A stretch of DNA of 64,000 nt, taken from NCBI GenBank assembly GCA_030529665.1, contig JAUMWL010000002.1:3986-67985 (forward strand), in the 5' to 3' direction. The DNA comes from Coriobacteriales bacterium (GTDB lineage Bacteria; Actinomycetota; Coriobacteriia; Coriobacteriales; Atopobiaceae). The stretch's first letter is position 1; every line of letters starts with the position of its first letter. Of the stretch, positions 9,468-19,044 are shown one piece after another. Made by a program: the position numbers and the translations under genes. The notes under the pieces were generated by a model, which searched no databases, was not told where the DNA came from, and saw nothing but the letters and a program-made list of their open reading frames with translations.

Positions 9468-10202
9468 CTATTCCCCTGGAATGGGGTACAGTGTGACCTC
9501 GCCACCTCGCACGCGGTATCCGCCGAGGCGGTTCCCGCTGCGGTCCACCACCTCACACGCGGCGTCGATATCCTCGTGGACCGCATCGACGTCCGCCAGC
9601 TCGGACATGAAGAGGAGGGCGTCGTCCACGTCTAGAAACGCGGCGCGCGGGCGCCCGTCGTGGACCACGAGGTAGTGCGCTGTCCTCATGGCCGCGACCG
9701 AGATCGTCTGGATCGCGGCGTCCTCCTCGGTCGCGATTCCCATCTTGGAGGCCATGAGGGAGAAGATTCGCGTCGCAACCTGCATGGCCTCGTCGGCTGC
9801 CTCGCAGACCTCTCTTGCAGCTACCTCTGCCTCGTCCGCCTCCAACCTAGCGCCCTCGGAGTAGCCCTTGGCCTTCTCGAGCATGCGCCTGGGGCGTATA
9901 CCGTTCTCCGCGTAGAGAGCGTACTCTTCGGACCAGTGTTGGCAGCTCTCGGCCCACGTGCTTTGCTGCATCGCGCAGTAACAAGCCTTCCAGGCGTTCT
10001 CGCTCTCCCGCGTAAGCTCCTTGGCGAGGGCGTTGAGCCTCCTCACTTGCCTCCACGCCGCGAGTGCCGCCTCGCTTGCGCGCTTGGCGCGCGTCGCGTC
10101 TTGCTCCGTTTGTCGAGCGACCTCCCGCACCTGTCTCGCCACTGCGCCGTCCGTCAGCGCCTTCTCTACCGTCCGACCCACCCTCGTTGCCTTCTTTGCC
10201 AT
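9468..10202 (-). CDS. Hypothetical protein, Ala/Glu/Arg-rich helical (coiled-coil-like) N-terminal half
   Basis: The ORF is trimmed to ATG 10202 (MAKKATRVG...). It lies directly upstream of the sigma-like gene on the same strand. No catalytic motif was recognised. Confidence 0.5.
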   Translation of the reverse strand: MAKKATRVGRTVEKALTDGAVARQVREVARQTEQDATRAKRASEAALAAWRQVRRLNALAKELTRESENAWKACYCAMQQSTWAESCQHWSEEYALYAENGIRPRRMLEKAKGYSEGARLEADEAEVAAREVCEAADEAMQVATRIFSLMASKMGIATEEDAAIQTISVAAMRTAHYLVVHDGRPRAAFLDVDDALLFMSELADVDAVHEDIDAACEVVDRSGNRLGGYRVRGGEVTLYPIPGE

Positions 10203-10613
10203 GGCATGCTCCCTTCTTCGATCCTGTCGGTCGGCGCGCCAGCCGGGTGCGTGCTTGCCGGGCGGCTCGTCTCCCAGGGGGCAGTGCCTGGGTCTTTCGG
10301 GGTCGGTTCCCACGAGCTATGGTGCCCGACGGCCTTGCGGCCGACGCGTCGAGGCATGGCTGTCCTGTAGGCCATGCCATCCGATGGACCGTGGGAGATG
10401 TCGGTAGCTACAACATGGTTGTGTTCCCTTCGAGAAGCGGTTAATGAAGCTCTTATACCCGATAAAGCCGTCTTTCATGCGCGGCGCGTATGTTGGCGCC
10501 TTGCTTTTCGAGGTCATTATCGTGGAGAAGGCTGGGTGTCTTTGCGCAAAGCCGTTCATGATGACAGGTATCATAGAGGCTCGCGTTCCAGCTTTGTAGG
10601 AGGAGGGGTGACG

Positions 10614-11321
10614 ATGGGTCTGAGAAGGCTGACCGACCGCATCTGGTATCTGCCGTTCGAGAGGGAACTCGATCGACCGAACTTGTGCTACATACGTGGG
10701 AGCCGATTCTCTGTGGCGGTCGATGCGGGCCACTCGGAGGCGCACGTATCGGAATTCTATCGGTTGCTTGAGGGTGAGGGGCTTGCTCTGCCCGCACTGA
10801 CGATCATCACGCATTGGCACTGGGACCACTCCCTCGGGATGCACGCGACCCACGGTCTCTGTGTGGCGAACGCTCGCACGAACGACCACCTCCGGCACGT
10901 TCGGGACAGAGTGGCCCGAGAGGGGGCAGGCTGGCTACTCTCCATGGACGAGAGCATACGGAGGGAGTACGCGGGAGGGCGTCCGATCGTCGTCACGATG
11001 GCGGACGTCGTGTTCGATGGCGAGCTCACGCTGGACTTGGGCGACCGCACCGTACGGGCGTTCCAGGCCGAGTCGCCCCACACGGATGACGCGACCCTCG
11101 TGCACGTCCCCGAGGAGGGGGCGCTGCTCTTCGGGGACGCCAAGAGCGGCACATTTCCCACGTGGGTAAAGCTGGCGGCACCCTGCCGGAGGCTTGCCGA
11201 GGCTGTGGAAGCGACCGAGGCGGACGTCTGCCTCGGTGGACACTGGGAGCCGATGGTGATGTCGGAGCTTCTCGCGGACCTCGAGGGGGTGCGGGAAGAC
11301 GATGAGGCTAGGGACGAGTGA
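10614..11321 (+). CDS. Metallo-beta-lactamase-fold hydrolase
   Basis: HxHxDH metal-binding motif (ITHWHWDHSLG). The start is set at ATG 10614 (MGLRRLTD...), preceded by AGGAGGGG. Confidence 0.75.
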   Translation: MGLRRLTDRIWYLPFERELDRPNLCYIRGSRFSVAVDAGHSEAHVSEFYRLLEGEGLALPALTIITHWHWDHSLGMHATHGLCVANARTNDHLRHVRDRVAREGAGWLLSMDESIRREYAGGRPIVVTMADVVFDGELTLDLGDRTVRAFQAESPHTDDATLVHVPEEGALLFGDAKSGTFPTWVKLAAPCRRLAEAVEATEADVCLGGHWEPMVMSELLADLEGVREDDEARDE

Positions 11322-11584
11322 AGGTGATTATCCGCCGATAGCCGGCTGCTGATCGTTCGCTGCGGCAGTTCATCGGTGCGAGGCGGCCCTTGTCTCTAAT
11401 TCATGCGTAGAACCTGATCGCCGAGTCTTTGTGGCCAACTATGCCGTGTCTGTAAGAGGCGGGGCCATTCTCTCTGAGGAGCACGACCAGTGTGCTGGGG
11501 TGGAATAAGGCAGGTCCGAGCGGCTTTTGACTCAGGAGATTCATCGCTGCTGCTTGCGTTGGGTGCAAGAGGGATGGCCGAGAT

Positions 11585-12103
11585 CTATCCGTCGGGGCTC
11601 TTGCACAGATCAGTTCTTATTGCCCTAGCCTCGATGGAGATTGGATACTGGTAATAAGCTTCGTGGACGTCCCAACGAGACGGTCCGAAGTAGAGCGTGA
11701 TGTTGGATTCTTCCAGCATCTCTGACAGGCGGTCCATGAACAACTCGGAGCTTGCCATGTCATCGAAGCGCAGGAGCCACGGCTCGTTAGCGTTATCGCA
11801 ATTCGATAGCAGGCAGGCAATCACCCTGCTCGACATGTCGCCTGTGCCAGGCCCCTCTCCCACACGTAGCGCCAGAAACCCATCTGCAAACAGGGTCGTC
11901 GTGTTAGCCTGACCTGATAGCGGGTGTCCCAGCTGGTAAGTCCCGCGTTGCGACTCATTTTGCTCCACGTGGGACAAGCTGTCTGCTGATGCCTCCGTAT
12001 CGTGTGGGCGCGCATAGCGCAAACCATCTGCGACGATGCGCCTGACGATTGCTGCGACTTGGTACACGTCGACGGCGGCTATCACTTCCTCTTTGACGAT
12101 CAT
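11585..12103 (-). CDS. Hypothetical protein, translationally coupled to the upstream PP-loop ATPase gene
   Basis: Its ATG (12103-12101) overlaps the TGA (12102-12100) of the upstream gene in an ATGA arrangement. The 172-aa product has no recognisable motif. Confidence 0.55.
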   Translation of the reverse strand: MIVKEEVIAAVDVYQVAAIVRRIVADGLRYARPHDTEASADSLSHVEQNESQRGTYQLGHPLSGQANTTTLFADGFLALRVGEGPGTGDMSSRVIACLLSNCDNANEPWLLRFDDMASSELFMDRLSEMLEESNITLYFGPSRWDVHEAYYQYPISIEARAIRTDLCKSPDG

Positions 12104-12759
12104 TCTCGTTCTCCTCGATTGCGCTTTCGCTTCGTAGGGGTGTTGCTGGGCAGGCTGCTGCTGTCCGCATGGGTGTTAAGGCTCAGTAGGCGGGCGACCA
12201 TCAGTACCTCGTCACTGAATAGCAGTTTCACAGGCTCGACGAGTTCGATGCCGTCGCCGAGGGGTTCGTGGACCATGCTGTGGTGGCTCGGCTGGTTCCT
12301 CCTCGTCTTCAATATGTCAGGATATGTGGTGTCCGTCGCCACGAAGCGTGTGTTGTGTTTGATGGCAAGGTCACGAAAGGCCTCAACGAGGTATGCGCCG
12401 ATGACGCGGCTCTTCTCCTCGGGGGCGGACACCCCGTCGAGCAGGCACCCGATATCCGCTCTCGCGTCTATCACCTCGAGCTCTTGCGCTAACTGCCTTT
12501 TGTAGAGTTCGATCACTTGCGCCCTATCTCTGAGCCCGAGGTCAACGAATGCGCCGTTAAGCCTGTCGCCGATGGCCTCCCTGATGAGCGCGGCACAGAC
12601 GGTCGAACATACGCCTCCCGAGTAGGCGAGGACCACGCTTGCTTCACCGATTTCTGCCGACAGCTCTCGCACCCTCCTCTCGACGAAGCCTCTCGCAAGG
12701 GCTGGTGTCGTTATTCTCGGGAAATCATCGTGCCGTACGTTGCGTCTGTAATCATCCAT
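12100..12759 (-). CDS. Stand-alone GMP-synthase-type ATP pyrophosphatase (PP-loop) domain protein, truncated and divergent
   Basis: The protein is colinear with the GuaA ATP-PPase domain: VLAYSGGVCSTV (PP-loop SGGxDS with D replaced by C), IGDRLNGAFVDLGL, PEEKSRVIGAYLVEAF, TTYPDILKT, SHHS and LVEPVKLLFSDEV. It has no glutamine amidotransferase domain and no GuaA C-terminal dimerisation domain, and it ends in a basic tail (KRKRNRGERE). Confidence 0.7.
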   Translation of the reverse strand: MDDYRRNVRHDDFPRITTPALARGFVERRVRELSAEIGEASVVLAYSGGVCSTVCAALIREAIGDRLNGAFVDLGLRDRAQVIELYKRQLAQELEVIDARADIGCLLDGVSAPEEKSRVIGAYLVEAFRDLAIKHNTRFVATDTTYPDILKTRRNQPSHHSMVHEPLGDGIELVEPVKLLFSDEVLMVARLLSLNTHADSSSLPSNTPTKRKRNRGERE

Positions 12760-12894
12760 GTTCGCTCCTTAGTCTGCCCTCTTTACTCATGCCATTTGTA
12801 CGCGCTGGTCTACAAACGACCGACGGGTTTCCCATCGGTCTGGTAGTGCGGAAAACTACGCGATGATTCATCCAGGTCAGCATGTCCTTGGCGC

Positions 12895-14061
12895 TTAGCC
12901 GATGTACCCAGGTACGTCGCGCGCCGCCCTGAAGTCTCCTATCACAAGGCCGATTCCCGCAGCATCGTAGTATCTGTCGGCGGCACCTTCCGCATAGTCA
13001 CGGGCGCGGATTTCGGTGTCCTGCATCATGTAAGCGAACCAGTCGATGTATGCCTGATCGGGCGAGGAAAGCTCTCTTGCCCATTGTTCGGCAACGTCTG
13101 GTGTCATCGTCCCAAGGGGGCTGTCGTATGAGCCGGGAATCTTCCCAGAGACAACACAATGCTCGTACGCGTGCGCGCATTCGTGCGCGATAAGCTCGAT
13201 AAGCTCCTCCAGCGAACCTTCGTAGCCATCCGCAAACACCAGCGGGTTGACGCAGATTCGGTTTGACGTGGGGATGTAGGAGCCCGATGCCGTGCCGATA
13301 AGGCTGATAACCACCTGAGGTTCGTGCTCCACGATGCCGAGGCGTGCGGATTCGATATGAGCGAAGCGTTGCAGCGTATCCACGATTTCTTGGTATCCTC
13401 GCATTCTTAGGGGTGTTCCCTCGTGGAGATCGCGTAGCGTGTCAGAAACATCCCTTTCGCTAACTTGCTCTTGGGTTCCCAGCGAGACGCGGGATACCGC
13501 TATCGGCACTGTTCCCACGAGGCCAAGGACGAGGGTGAGGTAGGAAAACAGTGCGATGCAGATTGCCGATGTAGCTACCAGCCTCACGTAACTCTTCCTG
13601 AGGACCACATGCCACAGAGCGGTCAGGACGCAGACTGCAACCGTGGCTAGGAGCATGCCGCGATGGAACTGCAGGTATGGGCTTGCGTAGAGACCTATTG
13701 CCACCTCGGAGGTAGCCATCCCGTTCACGAAGCCGACCCCTTTGCCAAGTGTGATTCTGACAATCAGAACGGTTGTGCTGACTACGAGGCATATTGCTAG
13801 GAGCGCCGCGATTGAACTGTCCCTCTCCAAAGTGTGCGATTGGAAAGGCGCGAGGTAGCGGAAGATGTCCGTGAAGTGCGTCGCGATAGCGAAGAAACCT
13901 ATCGAGGCGGAGCCAGTCGCAAATCGAAGCGCATCAAATACGGGAAGCGTGGACCATTTCTCGCCGCGATTTGCCCGAAGGACGGCCGGGGTTAACCCCG
14001 AACTGTCATTGGACACCAAGTGCCATAAATCGTGTGAGGGAGTTCCTTTTCGTGTGACCAT
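12895..14061 (-). CDS. Polytopic membrane protein with a C-terminal HExxH zinc-metallopeptidase-like domain
   Basis: Several hydrophobic segments occupy the N-terminal two thirds. An HExxH motif (LIAHECAHAYEH) lies in the soluble C-terminal domain. GGAGGTGA sits 5 nt upstream of the ATG at 14061. Confidence 0.6.
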   Translation of the reverse strand: MVTRKGTPSHDLWHLVSNDSSGLTPAVLRANRGEKWSTLPVFDALRFATGSASIGFFAIATHFTDIFRYLAPFQSHTLERDSSIAALLAICLVVSTTVLIVRITLGKGVGFVNGMATSEVAIGLYASPYLQFHRGMLLATVAVCVLTALWHVVLRKSYVRLVATSAICIALFSYLTLVLGLVGTVPIAVSRVSLGTQEQVSERDVSDTLRDLHEGTPLRMRGYQEIVDTLQRFAHIESARLGIVEHEPQVVISLIGTASGSYIPTSNRICVNPLVFADGYEGSLEELIELIAHECAHAYEHCVVSGKIPGSYDSPLGTMTPDVAEQWARELSSPDQAYIDWFAYMMQDTEIRARDYAEGAADRYYDAAGIGLVIGDFRAARDVPGYIG

Positions 14062-14201
14062 CTAAATCACCTCCGTATTCATGTGATGGCTTCTCCTTTG
14101 CGTCTTTCGCAGCTCTTTGCCACGTCATCATGAGGTCTCGGATTTGCAGGAGGCGCTGCGACATCTCACTTTGAGGAGCTTCCCTTGGACAGCGTCAAGC
14201 G

Positions 14202-14846
14202 CTATCGAAGTATGGCCTGAAGGTCCTTGAGGTGAGGCGGTAGTAGTGGTGCGACGACGAAGACGAGGAAGATGGAGATGTAGATGGCGATTAGCGCCAT
14301 GAGGACGCGATCCCCCTCTATGAACGCGAGGAAAGAGCCGTTAGGCCCGATGTCGTCCGGAGGACTAGTTTCCTTAGTCCCGGGTGCTGGGAGTCTGGCG
14401 GGACTGGAGACGATTACGTGGCGGATGGACACGAATATCGCCGACGAGAGTGCGAGGAACGTCAAGATGGACGTTGGAAGACTCGCGGATTTGCCCCACG
14501 CCAGCATCGGAAGGGCGAACGCAGTCCCCAACAAGGTCATCTCTCCATGCTGAAGGATGCCGATATAGAGGAATGCGCGCTCGATGATGCCAGCCGTGAG
14601 TAGCGCACATGCGACCGTGGCAATCATGCTTGGCTCCATACCGTAGAAAATCGGAATGTTTGACCACTGCTCCAAATGTTCGAACCTCGACTGGAGTTCA
14701 ATCATGCCGAATACGACCCAAACCGCCCACGCCCAGAAATATGCTCGCCGTCCAGTGCTTAGCTTGCGACGGCCAACCTTTGTGGAGGCGAGGACGAGCA
14801 CAAGCTCGATAAAGAGCGCCCACTTCAGAATGCATTCCCGAACCAT
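14202..14846 (-). CDS. Polytopic membrane protein (unknown function)
   Basis: The 214-aa ORF is made mostly of hydrophobic helices. GGGAGTGA lies upstream of the ATG at 14846. Confidence 0.55.
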   Translation of the reverse strand: MVRECILKWALFIELVLVLASTKVGRRKLSTGRRAYFWAWAVWVVFGMIELQSRFEHLEQWSNIPIFYGMEPSMIATVACALLTAGIIERAFLYIGILQHGEMTLLGTAFALPMLAWGKSASLPTSILTFLALSSAIFVSIRHVIVSSPARLPAPGTKETSPPDDIGPNGSFLAFIEGDRVLMALIAIYISIFLVFVVAPLLPPHLKDLQAILR

Positions 14847-15006
14847 CTTTCACTCCCGTCTCGCATTGCCTCTTATGGGGACGGTTCTATCAAAACAGAG
14901 GGTGGGCTCTAAGTTTGCGCAAATGAGGGGGATGCCATCTGTATGCGGAAATGCGTGCAGGGAGGCGGGGCAAGGCTTGCGGACGTCCGAACCCGACCGC
15001 CCTGCT

Positions 15007-17553
15007 CTACTCGGCTGCGAATTGCCGGGCGAAGGCGGGAGATGCGAACTTCACATACTGGCTTGTGTCCCTGATCTGCGGAAACTCCAACCCGTCTCCG
15101 ACGTTGATGGTCATGTTGTCGTTGGCTCCGTCAAATGCGTAGCTGATTGCAGTGATTGAGGAGGTGTCCCATCCGCTGATGTCGAGATTCATAAGCGATG
15201 TGCAGTCCTTGAACATGTGGCTGAAGGTCCTCAACGACCTTGTGTCCCATCCGCTTAGGTCGAGCTCCCTCAAGCTCCTGCAGCCCGAGAACATCATTCC
15301 GAAGGTGGTGGCGCTGCCCGTTCGCAGCTCCTGGATGCCTGTGATTTCCTCGAGCGACTCGCAGCCTGAGAACATGCCGCCCATGTCCTGTGCCCCGTCC
15401 GTGTCCATGCCTGAGATGGACACCGTCTTGAGACTGCTGCAGTCCGAGAAGAGGTGCCATGTGGATGTGAGGGGGTGGTCGAGCAGCCCTCCGAGACTGA
15501 CCGTCTCCAGGCTCGAGCATCCCGCGAACATACTGGAGGGATGGGCGCGTTGCGGCTGGGAATACAGATTGTCGGCCTTCGGCTCGTCTGGGATGACGAC
15601 CTCCCTGATTGAGACGCAACCGCGGAACATGCTTTCGGTCCAACGGGTTCTCTTCATGCTGAAGTCCTGCCTAATCCATTCAAGGGAGGCGCAGGATTCG
15701 AACATGCTGGAGAAGCCGGTTGCCTTGTCGGTCCTGAAGCATGTCAGATCAAGCCCCGTCAGCGACGAGCAGCCGGAGAACATGGAGTCGAGGTACTGGG
15801 CACCGGACGTGTCGAGCACGCAAGCGAGCCCTTCGCGATTGAGGCCGCCCAGGCGTACGCACCCCTCGAAGAGCTTCCTGAAGCTGGCAACTCTTCCAGT
15901 GCCAAGGACTAGCCCAGCTTCGGAGAGAGGTTCGAGGAACGACATCTGCCGCAGGTGCTTGCAGCCGGAGAACATGCGTTCCATCGTCCTGACGCTCCCG
16001 TAGCTCCAGGTGTTCGGAAGCATCAGCTCGGAAATGGATGCGCAGCCTCTGAACAGGTCCGCCATGTCGCTCACGCGTGACGTGTCGATGCCGGCCAGGT
16101 CGAATTGCCGGACATTCCCCATCCCCTCGAACCAGCCGTGCATCGTGAGGGGGACAAGCCGCTTCACGTCCCCTTCTCTGTCAACCAGCACCGGGGCGAC
16201 AACCCGCCTGACCTCTAAGGCTCGCGACGACCACGGGTGGCTTGCGGCCTCGCTGCCGACGTTGATGTGCCTCCATTCCGCGATGACGGTCCCATGGGTG
16301 TACTCCTCTCGCCTCCGCTCGGCTCGAAACTCTGCGCAAGAAGGGCCGATTACGAGGGTTCCGTCCTCATGGAGCCAGGCGAGCCCGTCCTGTGCCGTCC
16401 GGACGGTCTCTACGCGGTCGCCGTTCGCGTCGTCTGCCATCTTCATGACCAAGCTGCGGAATGACATCGGCGTCGATAGGCGAATGAGCTCAGAGATGAT
16501 TTCGCTGTCGAGTTCGTCTTCGAGGTGCTGGCCCTTCCCGAGGGGCGGACGAATCGAGCTCTCCGCATGCCCCGTCAGGAGCGTCTCCATGCGCCGCGCC
16601 GCGCCCATGTCCCCGAAGTACCTCTTTGTGGGGTGGTAGTTCGTGAGCGTCCGGGCGATGGAGCCCAGCTCCATGTCGGCGACGGTAATCGGACGCCTCT
16701 GTTGCGTACCTGCGTCCGATCCGAGCTTTTTGAGGAGGGGTACCATCTGGTACGCGAAGCCACCGCTTTGCTCCATGGCGTTCGCCGCGACGCTGCAGGA
16801 GTACTCCATGGATAGGCGTGCGTAGACCAGCAGTGCACCGATGCTGAACAGGTCCGTGGCCGGCTTCTTCCGGTACTCGAGCATGGTGCCGGCGATGCCC
16901 TCGCGCATCTCCGGGCTCTCGAACAGCTTGGTGCCGCGCTGGCCACGCGTCTTGAAGTCCTCTGGCGCCTTATTTCTCCACCTTTCGGTCTGCTCCGCGG
17001 TGCCGAAGTCGACTACGACGACCTCGGGATCGTCGAGAAAGCCCCGCCTCACTAGAATGTTGGTGTCGGAAAGATCTCTGTGAACCACGCCCCTCTTGTG
17101 ACACGCCTCGATGGCCTTGGCAATGCCCATCCCGAGCCGCATGACCCATATGCCCGGGACATCGGCGACGCTCTCCGAGCCGTCGGCAATGTCGTTCAGC
17201 AGCTCCCTGAGGGTCGGCCAGTCCGTGGGGTCGAAGTACTCCATAGCGAATGCCGGCCTCTCTCGCAAGCTGTCCGAAACGAGTGTGCCTTGGCCATATG
17301 CCGTCGGCACAGGCGGTCCCGGTTCGGGTCTAGTGTCGCCCGCACCCAGACTCCTGAGGCAGTCATACTCTTTGCGCAGGAGCTCGCCTGCCTCCTCGCT
17401 GATCTCGTGCATCGCCTTGACCGCTATGGTCTGCGGCTCGCCCGCTCCCTGCCTCCGAGCCTTGTAGATTTGCCCGAAGCTTCCGCTGTCTCTTATGGCG
17501 GCGCTCTCGACCTCATATGGGCAGCTTCCGTCAGAAAGCCTGAATACTGTCAT
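15007..17553 (-). CDS. Ser/Thr protein kinase fused to C-terminal BspA/DUF285-type leucine-rich repeats
   Basis: The kinase motifs are intact: IAVKAM (beta3 Lys), HKRGVVHRDLSDTNILV (HRD...N), VVDFGTA (DFG) and FESPEM (APE-like). The C-terminal half holds about 10 repeats of the type MFxGCxSLxxLDLSGWDTSxxxxxxxMF. No TM segment or signal peptide is visible. The start is set at ATG 17553, 7 nt after GAGGAGGA. Confidence 0.85.
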   Translation of the reverse strand: MTVFRLSDGSCPYEVESAAIRDSGSFGQIYKARRQGAGEPQTIAVKAMHEISEEAGELLRKEYDCLRSLGAGDTRPEPGPPVPTAYGQGTLVSDSLRERPAFAMEYFDPTDWPTLRELLNDIADGSESVADVPGIWVMRLGMGIAKAIEACHKRGVVHRDLSDTNILVRRGFLDDPEVVVVDFGTAEQTERWRNKAPEDFKTRGQRGTKLFESPEMREGIAGTMLEYRKKPATDLFSIGALLVYARLSMEYSCSVAANAMEQSGGFAYQMVPLLKKLGSDAGTQQRRPITVADMELGSIARTLTNYHPTKRYFGDMGAARRMETLLTGHAESSIRPPLGKGQHLEDELDSEIISELIRLSTPMSFRSLVMKMADDANGDRVETVRTAQDGLAWLHEDGTLVIGPSCAEFRAERRREEYTHGTVIAEWRHINVGSEAASHPWSSRALEVRRVVAPVLVDREGDVKRLVPLTMHGWFEGMGNVRQFDLAGIDTSRVSDMADLFRGCASISELMLPNTWSYGSVRTMERMFSGCKHLRQMSFLEPLSEAGLVLGTGRVASFRKLFEGCVRLGGLNREGLACVLDTSGAQYLDSMFSGCSSLTGLDLTCFRTDKATGFSSMFESCASLEWIRQDFSMKRTRWTESMFRGCVSIREVVIPDEPKADNLYSQPQRAHPSSMFAGCSSLETVSLGGLLDHPLTSTWHLFSDCSSLKTVSISGMDTDGAQDMGGMFSGCESLEEITGIQELRTGSATTFGMMFSGCRSLRELDLSGWDTRSLRTFSHMFKDCTSLMNLDISGWDTSSITAISYAFDGANDNMTINVGDGLEFPQIRDTSQYVKFASPAFARQFAAE

Positions 17554-17826
17554 CGCCATATCCTCCTCGCGCATTCGGCCGTGCTGCCACCACTGTAGCA
17601 AGGAGCTTGGACGAAGGCCAGAGATGCGGCGCCGCTCGAGGGCGCCCGGACCCTCCGGTGGCGTGACGTCTGTGGGGATGGCCTGTGCCTGAGACGTGGC
17701 GCCTCATGCTGGGGATGCGCAAATCGACACATTCGTCCTTGGTATAAACAGTGAGGAAGCGCGTGGGTCCCTCCTCCGAACCTCAGAAGGAGGAGATTAG
17801 GGCTGGCGTGGGAGACAGGCAAAGAG

Positions 17827-18960
17827 ATGGGAGACAGGGTGAAGAACGAACCGATTGTGGAGGGAAAGGGGTGGCGAGAGGCGTCCAACGTGCGCCTCGT
17901 GCATGAGGGGGACCTGTTGGACACCCTCGAGGCCATCGGTGCACGTACAGTCCGATATGAGGATCAATGGATGTGGCGACGCTTCGAACCCACGGACATC
18001 GCAGGCGACGAACAGCTGCCGAGCGATCTGCTTGATGGGTTGCGCACCTACAGAGACGGGCATCTGGGCCCCATCTATGTCGCGGGCGTAGGAAGGTACC
18101 TCATCAAATGCTATGACTGGGACCGTCCGGTGGCAAGGGTCGGAGAGCCGCGTATCGAATATGAGTTGCTGTGCCTCGGACAGCAACGTGGGGTCCAGAC
18201 GATGCCTAGGGCGTATGCCGCAGGATACCTCTCGGTAGGTAGAAAGGGCGAGGAGCGTGGCGGCCATGTGACCACGGCGGTGGTAGAGGAGCGCATCGAC
18301 GGGACCAGCATCGCGGAGCTGCTGCGGTTTGTCGCCCCTGGCGATTCGGCGCGCCGATGGCTCCCCGCCAAGGATGTCGCGCGGGTATCGCTCGCCCTTG
18401 CCGAGGCCATCGTGGACCTGCGCGTCCTCAACGTCTCCCACTGTAACCTCTCGGTAGACAACGTCATCGTGAGGGGAGGCGTTATCGGCGAGTCTCCCTC
18501 CGTGGCGCTCACGGGGTTCGAGCACGCCATGCCGATACAGCCCAGCCCGTTGGTCGACCCCGTGTACGGCATCGACCCCGTCTACTCGGCGCCCGAGAGT
18601 TTCTTCTCGCGAATCCCTGTCAACAGGGTCACACTCGCCTCGGACGTCTGGTCGCTCGGTGCCATCGTCACCACGATGCTCGTGGGCTCCGAGGCGTGGT
18701 CGTGGGGTGCCTCCACGCGCCTTCGGGGGTCGCTGGCTCTGAGCGACCGGGAAATGGACGAGCTCGACAGGATCAGGCGTGAACCCATCGACGTCGCCGG
18801 GCTCGTTGCCCGTCGCGCTAGAGACACCGATGGTGAGGGGGAGCTTATAGCCGAACTCGCTCGCGTCGTAGAGGCGTGCACCGAGTACCGCGCACGCGAT
18901 CGCATCGGGGCTGAGGAGCTTGTCAATGCCCTGAGAGGAGCGCTTCTGAGAGCTGGCTAG
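17827..18960 (+). CDS. Protein-kinase-fold protein, predicted pseudokinase
   Basis: The kinase landmarks are present but the catalytic residues are altered. VSHCNLSVDNVIV replaces HRDLKxxN (Asp to Asn) and LTGFEHA replaces DFG. YSAPESF (APE) and SDVWSLGAIV are retained. The 747-aa minus-strand ORF covering this region is Arg/Pro/Gly/His-rich and was rejected. Confidence 0.7.
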   Translation: MGDRVKNEPIVEGKGWREASNVRLVHEGDLLDTLEAIGARTVRYEDQWMWRRFEPTDIAGDEQLPSDLLDGLRTYRDGHLGPIYVAGVGRYLIKCYDWDRPVARVGEPRIEYELLCLGQQRGVQTMPRAYAAGYLSVGRKGEERGGHVTTAVVEERIDGTSIAELLRFVAPGDSARRWLPAKDVARVSLALAEAIVDLRVLNVSHCNLSVDNVIVRGGVIGESPSVALTGFEHAMPIQPSPLVDPVYGIDPVYSAPESFFSRIPVNRVTLASDVWSLGAIVTTMLVGSEAWSWGASTRLRGSLALSDREMDELDRIRREPIDVAGLVARRARDTDGEGELIAELARVVEACTEYRARDRIGAEELVNALRGALLRAG

Positions 18961-19044
18961 GGGTGCCGCTTTCTGGCTTGGGGCCAAGATGATGGTAGCA
19001 TTGCAAGTGGGCGTGCCACCATGCGGCAGTGAGGGGGACTTTTC

